From the NCBI GenBank assembly GCA_905234705.1, contig CAJOIB010000010.1:6616-70615 (forward strand): a stretch of 64,000 nt of DNA, read 5' to 3'. The notes beneath the pieces are model-generated. The model was given only the letters and a program-made list of their open reading frames with translations, ran no database searches and was not told the origin of the DNA. A program made the translations under genes and the position numbers. The DNA is from an uncultured Selenomonadaceae bacterium (GTDB taxonomy: Bacteria; Bacillota; Negativicutes; Selenomonadales; Selenomonadaceae). Of the stretch, positions 58,829 through 64,000 are shown one piece after another (the first letter of the stretch is position 1; each line of letters starts with the position of its first letter).

Positions 58829-61240
58829 ATGGCTAATATAGATGAGCAACCCGATGAGCAAATTTCGCGCAATACCGGAAATCCCGTTTGGCGCGCGGTG
58901 AAGAAATTTTTTAAGATTATACTTGGAATTTTAATTTTTATAATAGTGACGGTTGCTGGAGTAGCTATTGGATTTGTGACAGCTAATGTTAATGCGAAAC
59001 CGGACATTACGGGCGATATTGTACCGTCGGCGTCTTCGCAAATTTACGATTCGGCGGGAAATGAAATTGCAAACATTCACGCCGCGGAAAATCGAATGCC
59101 GGTTAAAATTGAAAAAATACCGAGAAATCTTCAGCACGCGTTTATCGCCATTGAAGATAATCGATTTTATGAGCATAACGGGATAGACTTTCGCGGTTTA
59201 TTGCGCGCGGCTCGTTCTAATTTCATCAGCGGCGAAATTTCAGAAGGCGGCTCGACAATCACGCAACAATTAGCGAAAAACGCCTATCTCACGCAGGATA
59301 GAACTTACAAGCGCAAACTTCAAGAAGTTTTTCTCGCCCTGCAACTCGAAAAGCAGTACACCAAGCAAGAAATTCTCGAATTTTATTTGAATCAGATTTA
59401 TTTTGGGCGCGGCGCTTATGGCGTACAGGCGGCGGCTAAAACTTATTTCAATAAAAATGTCGAAGATTTGACGCTCTCCGAGTGCGCGCTTTTAGCCGGT
59501 ATTCCTAAGAGCCCAAATTATTACTCGCCGTTCAATGACGTGCAGGCGGCTATCAATCGCCGAAATGTCGTCCTTGACCAAATGGTGAAGTACCGCTACA
59601 TTTCCGCAAGTGATGCCGCGGCGGCGAAAAATGACCAATTAATTCTCGCGCAGGCGGATCGTCCCGAAGAACAGAAAGACGCCGAATATTTTATCAGCTA
59701 CGTCACTCAACTTTTGATTGAAAAATACGGCGCGGACGCTGTTTATAAACAGGGCTTGAAAATTTACACGACGATTGATATGGATATGCAGCGAATGGCA
59801 GAAGCGGCGATAGCTGAAAATTTGCCGAATGATTATACTGACGCAAATGGTGTTCAACAGCCACAATGCGCACTCGTGGCGATTGAGCCGCAAACCGGCT
59901 ATGTTCGCGTAATGGTAGGCGGGCGCGGTACTGACCAATTTAATCGCGCGGCACAAGCTACACGTCAACCTGGCTCTGCTTTTAAACCGTTTGTATTTGC
60001 CGCGGCGCTGGAAAATGGATTCACGCCCGACACGCTGATTGAAGACAGCCCCATTACTGTTGACGGTTGGTCGCCGCAAAATGACAGCCGCCGTTTCAGT
60101 GGTCCTGTTCCTATGCGCACCGTTGCAACTTTTTCAATGAATGTTCCTACCGTTAAAATTGCCAAGGCGATTGGTATGGAGAATATTATTTTCTATGCTC
60201 AGCAAATGGGAATTACGACTTTTGTTTTGGACGGTCCGGTTAATGACAGAAATTTAGCTTCGAGTTTGGGCGGCTTGACGCGCGGAGTTACGCCGCTTGA
60301 AATTGCCAGTGCGTATTGTACTTTTGCTAATGGCGGCATTCACATTCCGCACGTTTCAATCACGAAAGTTTTGGACAGAAACGGCAATGTTTTGGAAGAA
60401 GCCGTACCGGAAGGTAAAGCGATAATCACGCCGGAGAGCGCCGCCGATTTAACGAGTATGCTTGAAGATGTTATTAACAAAGGCAGTGGCAAACGCGCGG
60501 CGATTGGGCGTCCAGCCGCCGGTAAAACTGGAACTACGACTGATTATAAAGATGCGTGGTTTGTTGGATATACGCCGGATTTGGTCGCGGCTGTTTGGAT
60601 TGGCAATGACGATAATTCAACCACCAACGGAATTATGGGCGGTATGACGCCCGCGGCAACCTGGTCTTCGTTTATGTACCGCGCTCTTGCCAATACGCCT
60701 GTTCATGATTTCAGCGATTTAGTTGTTGAGCGTCGTCCGGTTGTAACGCCGCCCGCGCCTGTGTCTCAACCAGAGCCTGAGCCTGTTTATAATGAGCCTA
60801 CTTATTATGAGTCCGAACCAACTTACAATGAGCCAAGTTATTATGAACCAGAGCCAACTTATAATGAGCCGAGCTATTATGAGCCAGAGCCTAGTTACCA
60901 TGAGCCAAGTTATTATGACGAACCCAGTTACAATGAACCAACTTACAACGAGCCCAGTTATTATGAACCAGAGCCAACTTATAATGAACCCAGTTATAAC
61001 GAGCCGAATTACTATGACGAGCCCAGCTACAATGAGCCTACTTACAATGAGCCAAATTATTATGATGAGCCCAGTTATAATGAGCCGAATTATTATGACG
61101 AGCCCAGCTACGAAGAGCCGCGTTATGAAGAGCCTACCTACAGCGAACCAGAGCCTTCATATGAGCCTGAGCCGGTTTATAATGATGATTATTATGACGA
61201 TACGCCTTCACGTGGCGACGGGCTTTCTAAAGAGCGCTGA
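58829..61240 (+). CDS. Class A penicillin-binding protein (PBP1A; glycosyltransferase + transpeptidase) with repetitive C-terminal tail
   Basis: GGAGGTG RBS. TM anchor present. GT51 motifs: AFIAIEDNRFYEHNGID, GGSTITQQLAKN and RKLQE. Transpeptidase motifs: SAFKPF, SMN and KTGTT. Confidence 0.9.
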   Translation: MANIDEQPDEQISRNTGNPVWRAVKKFFKIILGILIFIIVTVAGVAIGFVTANVNAKPDITGDIVPSASSQIYDSAGNEIANIHAAENRMPVKIEKIPRNLQHAFIAIEDNRFYEHNGIDFRGLLRAARSNFISGEISEGGSTITQQLAKNAYLTQDRTYKRKLQEVFLALQLEKQYTKQEILEFYLNQIYFGRGAYGVQAAAKTYFNKNVEDLTLSECALLAGIPKSPNYYSPFNDVQAAINRRNVVLDQMVKYRYISASDAAAAKNDQLILAQADRPEEQKDAEYFISYVTQLLIEKYGADAVYKQGLKIYTTIDMDMQRMAEAAIAENLPNDYTDANGVQQPQCALVAIEPQTGYVRVMVGGRGTDQFNRAAQATRQPGSAFKPFVFAAALENGFTPDTLIEDSPITVDGWSPQNDSRRFSGPVPMRTVATFSMNVPTVKIAKAIGMENIIFYAQQMGITTFVLDGPVNDRNLASSLGGLTRGVTPLEIASAYCTFANGGIHIPHVSITKVLDRNGNVLEEAVPEGKAIITPESAADLTSMLEDVINKGSGKRAAIGRPAAGKTGTTTDYKDAWFVGYTPDLVAAVWIGNDDNSTTNGIMGGMTPAATWSSFMYRALANTPVHDFSDLVVERRPVVTPPAPVSQPEPEPVYNEPTYYESEPTYNEPSYYEPEPTYNEPSYYEPEPSYHEPSYYDEPSYNEPTYNEPSYYEPEPTYNEPSYNEPNYYDEPSYNEPTYNEPNYYDEPSYNEPNYYDEPSYEEPRYEEPTYSEPEPSYEPEPVYNDDYYDDTPSRGDGLSKER
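60770..61200 (+). repeat. Degenerate tandem coding repeat (about 15-nt/5-aa units, E-P-S/T/N-Y-Y/N) in the PBP1A tail
   Basis: Translates to PEPEPVYNEPTYYESEPTYNEPSYYEPEPTYNEPSYYEPEPSYHEPSYYDEPSYNEPTYNEPSYYEPEPTYNEPSYNEPNYYDEPSYNEPTYNEPNYYDEPSYNEPNYYDEPSYEEPRYEEPTYSEPEPSYEPEPVYNDDYYDD. Confidence 0.8.
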
Positions 61241-61325
61241 TGTTAGGGAATAGGGGCAAGGGGCTAGGGATTAGTGTTTTTTCACTAGCCACTTTTCACT
61301 TTCCACTAAAAAAGGAGTGATTTGA

Positions 61326-62123
61326 ATGATTAAACTTTTCGTTAGCGATATTGACGGGACTCTGCTTGTTCCTGGCAAAGAAATTTCCGCGAAAAATATT
61401 GCGGCTGTTCAAAAAATGGTTAACGCCGGAATTACCGTGACCATTGCAACCGGCAGAATGTACAGGGCGGCTTTGCCCGTCGCGCAGAAATTAGGCGTCA
61501 ATGTGCCGATTATTACTTACAACGGCGCGCTGATTAAAACTGTTGACGGGAAAATTATTCACGCGGAATATTTGCCGGAAAATCTGATTGTCGAGATTGT
61601 AAATTTCTGTGAGCGCCAAAATTGGTATTTGCAAAGTTACAGCGGCGATGTTTTGTATTATCCTGCGCGAAACAGTTATTCAGAGCGCTATGAAATTTCG
61701 CAAAAAGTTACCGGCAATGAAGTTGGCTGGGCTGGACTGCGCGAAAAAACCGATAAAGTTTGCAAACTGCTGAGCATATCGGACGGCGAGGCTGAAACTG
61801 CGAAAAGAATTGCCGCGGTTAAATCCGAATTTGGTGACAAGGTTGAAGTTACAAAATCCCATCCGCAATTCACGGAAATAATTTGCCCTAGCGTGTCGAA
61901 GGCGTCCGCTGTTAAAATTCTCGCGCAGAAATTAGGCGTTGAAAAATCTGAAGTTATGGCGATAGGCGACGCCGAAAACGATTTGCCAATGTTAAAAGCC
62001 GCCGGTACTAGCATTGCAATGGGTAATGCGGTTGACGCCGTGAAAAATTCTTGTGATTTGGTAACTGGAAATTGCGAAGACGACGGTTTTGCTGAAGCTG
62101 TCGAAAAGTACGTGTTGAAATGA
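61326..62123 (+). CDS. Cof-type HAD-IIB family hydrolase
   Basis: Motif I is LFVSDIDGTLL. Also TIATGR, and the C-terminal GDAENDLPMLKAAGTSIAMGNA. Confidence 0.8.
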   Translation: MIKLFVSDIDGTLLVPGKEISAKNIAAVQKMVNAGITVTIATGRMYRAALPVAQKLGVNVPIITYNGALIKTVDGKIIHAEYLPENLIVEIVNFCERQNWYLQSYSGDVLYYPARNSYSERYEISQKVTGNEVGWAGLREKTDKVCKLLSISDGEAETAKRIAAVKSEFGDKVEVTKSHPQFTEIICPSVSKASAVKILAQKLGVEKSEVMAIGDAENDLPMLKAAGTSIAMGNAVDAVKNSCDLVTGNCEDDGFAEAVEKYVLK

Positions 62124-63067
62124 ACAGCAAGCCAATAGTTGAGGGCGGCTTATTAACGGCAATCTCGGTAATTTTAGGGCTGGCGTCGGTGTACCTGCCG
62201 GTATTTGGGCTGATTGTAGAATTTTTCTGCGCAGTGCCAATCGTAGTGCTGACAGTTCGACAGGGAGCGGCTAAAGGGTTTTTGGCGTTAATGGCGTCAT
62301 TTATCCTGCTCACGGTTTTTGTAGGACCGCTGCTGTCGATAAGAAATGCGCTGAGTTTCGGCGTATGCGGCTTAGTTTTGGGCTGGTGCATAGTCAAAGG
62401 TTACGGCGCGGTAAAATCTTTCATAGCCACGCTGATAACTGCATTTGTCGCGCAGTTAATAGTTATCGGCATTGTAACATTCGTGCTGGAAATTGACGTA
62501 CTCGATACAGAAATGACTTCAGTTCGCGAAAGTTTCAACGAATCCTTTCAAATATACGAGCAAATGGGCGTCGACGAAACAACCATAGCCGAAGCGCGCG
62601 CGCAAGTCGAACCAACGCTTGAACTGATGAAATTTTTATTGCCGATGATTTTAATGTTAATGGCGCTGCTGAACGCGGTAGCCTGTTATTTGACGTCGCA
62701 GGTGGTTTTTAAAAAATTGCGGCTGAAATTCGTTGAGCCGATGCCGCCGTTTGCCGAATGGCGATTCCCGATAATAATTTTGTACATAGCGTCATTCGCG
62801 ATTTTGGGCGTATATTGGGGCGGCACAAGAAATTGGGAATTGCTTTTTACCATTTCGCTGAACACGGCATTTTTCGCAATGAGTATCGGCTTAGTCCAAG
62901 GGCTGGCGGTTTTGTCCTGCGCGGCGGATAAATATAACATTTCAAAATTCGTGCGGCGAATAATTTTTGTGGTATTGATTTTAAATATGTTAACGCTTGA
63001 ATTGGTGGCGATAACGGGATTATTCGATATGATATTCGACTACCGGACAAGGTGGCTGAATCGCTGA
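62120..63067 (+). CDS. yybS: YybS/DUF2232 family membrane protein
   Basis: 315-aa polytopic protein directly upstream of gdpP, which is the conserved Firmicute arrangement. N-terminus is IVEGGLLTAISVILGLASVYLPVFG. Confidence 0.7.
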   Translation: MNSKPIVEGGLLTAISVILGLASVYLPVFGLIVEFFCAVPIVVLTVRQGAAKGFLALMASFILLTVFVGPLLSIRNALSFGVCGLVLGWCIVKGYGAVKSFIATLITAFVAQLIVIGIVTFVLEIDVLDTEMTSVRESFNESFQIYEQMGVDETTIAEARAQVEPTLELMKFLLPMILMLMALLNAVACYLTSQVVFKKLRLKFVEPMPPFAEWRFPIIILYIASFAILGVYWGGTRNWELLFTISLNTAFFAMSIGLVQGLAVLSCAADKYNISKFVRRIIFVVLILNMLTLELVAITGLFDMIFDYRTRWLNR

Positions 63068-63079
63068 GGAGGTGACGCC

Positions 63080-64000
63080 GTGCCAAGAAAATTATCGGCG
63101 TGGCGAGATTTAGTTGTGCAATTATGCGCGCTGGGCGTAATGATTTTTGTTTTGGGACAATACAATCGGTACGTGGCGGCGGCGGCGTTTGTAGTTTTAT
63201 TGGTGATAGCGGGATTTTCGCGAAAAAATTACAAAGAGCGCCTGCAAAAATTTGATGAGTACTGTCAAAACGTCATAGCCAGCGGCAACGAAATGATGAG
63301 TTATGCTATGGCGAATATTCCGCAGTCGGTTATGGTAATTGACGACAAAGGGCGGCTGCGCTGGCACAATGACATTACTAAAAATTACGCTGAATTTGAG
63401 CCGGAAGATGGCGCTTTTATTCAAGATTTTTGGAAAGGACTTCTGCGCGACGAAGTTTTAGAAATTACGCCCGAAGAAGACGTTAACCTGCTGAAAAGCG
63501 GCAAATACGTTACTAAAATTCTTCAGCAAAAAACTTCAGACGACGGCAACGAAACCGTTGAAATAGCGCATTATTTTTCTGTTCTTTACAGACAAATCGC
63601 CGCAAAAGCCGATTATCCGCGGTTAATTGCGCTTTTCGTGCAGGACGTTACCGCGCAGGAAAATTTGAAAATCGAATATTCGCAGAGTCGAACCGTTTTA
63701 ATGTACGTGCAGGTTGATAATTTCGATGAGATTATGCAAGGGCTCAATGAAACTGAAAAAACTTCGTTAATGCTCGCCGTGAATGAAGAGCTCGAAAAAT
63801 GGATGACTGAGTTATCCGGTTTTATGCAGAAAGTTCACAGCGATTTATTTGTGGCGGTGGTTGAATATCTCGCGCTGGAAAAAGCTATCGAAGGCAAATT
63901 TGCTGTGCTTGACAGAATCCGGCAAATCGTCAGCAAAAATGGCATACCGGTTACTTTGTCAATCGGCGTGGCGGTGGCTGATAAAAATCCGACCGAGCAA
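63080..64000 (+). CDS. gdpP: Cyclic-di-AMP phosphodiesterase GdpP (N-terminal part; runs off the window)
   Basis: GTG start after GAGGAGGTG. Two N-terminal TM helices, a PAS-like region (PQSVMVIDDKGRLRWHN) and a degenerate GGDEF region (MYVQVDNFDEIMQGL...HSDLFVAVVE...TLSIGVA). The frame is open to the window end. Confidence 0.75.
   Translation, partial: MPRKLSAWRDLVVQLCALGVMIFVLGQYNRYVAAAAFVVLLVIAGFSRKNYKERLQKFDEYCQNVIASGNEMMSYAMANIPQSVMVIDDKGRLRWHNDITKNYAEFEPEDGAFIQDFWKGLLRDEVLEITPEEDVNLLKSGKYVTKILQQKTSDDGNETVEIAHYFSVLYRQIAAKADYPRLIALFVQDVTAQENLKIEYSQSRTVLMYVQVDNFDEIMQGLNETEKTSLMLAVNEELEKWMTELSGFMQKVHSDLFVAVVEYLALEKAIEGKFAVLDRIRQIVSKNGIPVTLSIGVAVADKNPTEQ

Noticed and set aside
60792-61253. 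153-aa alternative-frame ORF (MSLLIMSPNQLTMSQ...) in the PBP1A tail, plus a 60-aa antisense ORF.
   Set aside because: It arises from translating the ~15-nt tandem repeat in another frame. The PBP1A frame is continuous with the transpeptidase domain.

Overview
This 64 kb chromosomal window is AT-rich and most likely comes from a diderm Firmicute (Negativicutes-like). Firmicute markers are sigH, the Asp23/AmaP cluster, yaaR-holB, yybS-gdpP and tsaEBD-rimI. Diderm markers are a signal-peptide beta-barrel protein ending in Phe, CsgG/LPP20-like periplasmic proteins, an LpxD-like gene and Na+-pumping decarboxylase subunits. Most of the window is housekeeping: ispA (partial), nusB, rarA, dut, hfq, miaA, nth, upp, pdxK, queF, ispE, glmU, prs, secG, rnr, holB, PBP1A, one tRNA-Arg(UCU) and an MCP. 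I saw no rRNA, CRISPR array, transposase or integrase.

The stand-out region is a tightly packed, translationally coupled nine-gene operon at 16297-26795. It starts directly after the cheV terminator. In order it encodes:
- a 983-aa HerA/FtsK-type ATPase with a Ser/Thr-rich linker
- two orphan proteins
- a Zn-ribbon dynamin-like GTPase
- an out-of-context LpxD-like acyltransferase
- a 263-aa protein with an N-terminal 13-Cys 'cysteine string' of CXXX periodicity fused to a coiled coil
- a radical SAM/SPASM maturase
- a small coiled-coil protein
- a LigB/Memo-like-AMMECR1 fusion

I do not recognise this combination as any described system.

Other notable signals:
- A ~120-nt three-hairpin element with compensatory substitutions sits immediately 3' of three unrelated genes.
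- Two partial duplications copy gene 3' ends.
- Several genes carry internal deletions or are remnants: cheV, a type III-like mod, an EamA-like gene, DUF554 and a CydD-like ABC gene. tsaD and miaA carry in-frame losses.
- PBP1A has a Tyr/Pro/Glu-rich repeat tail.

All calls come from reading the sequence and recalling protein families. No database searches were run.
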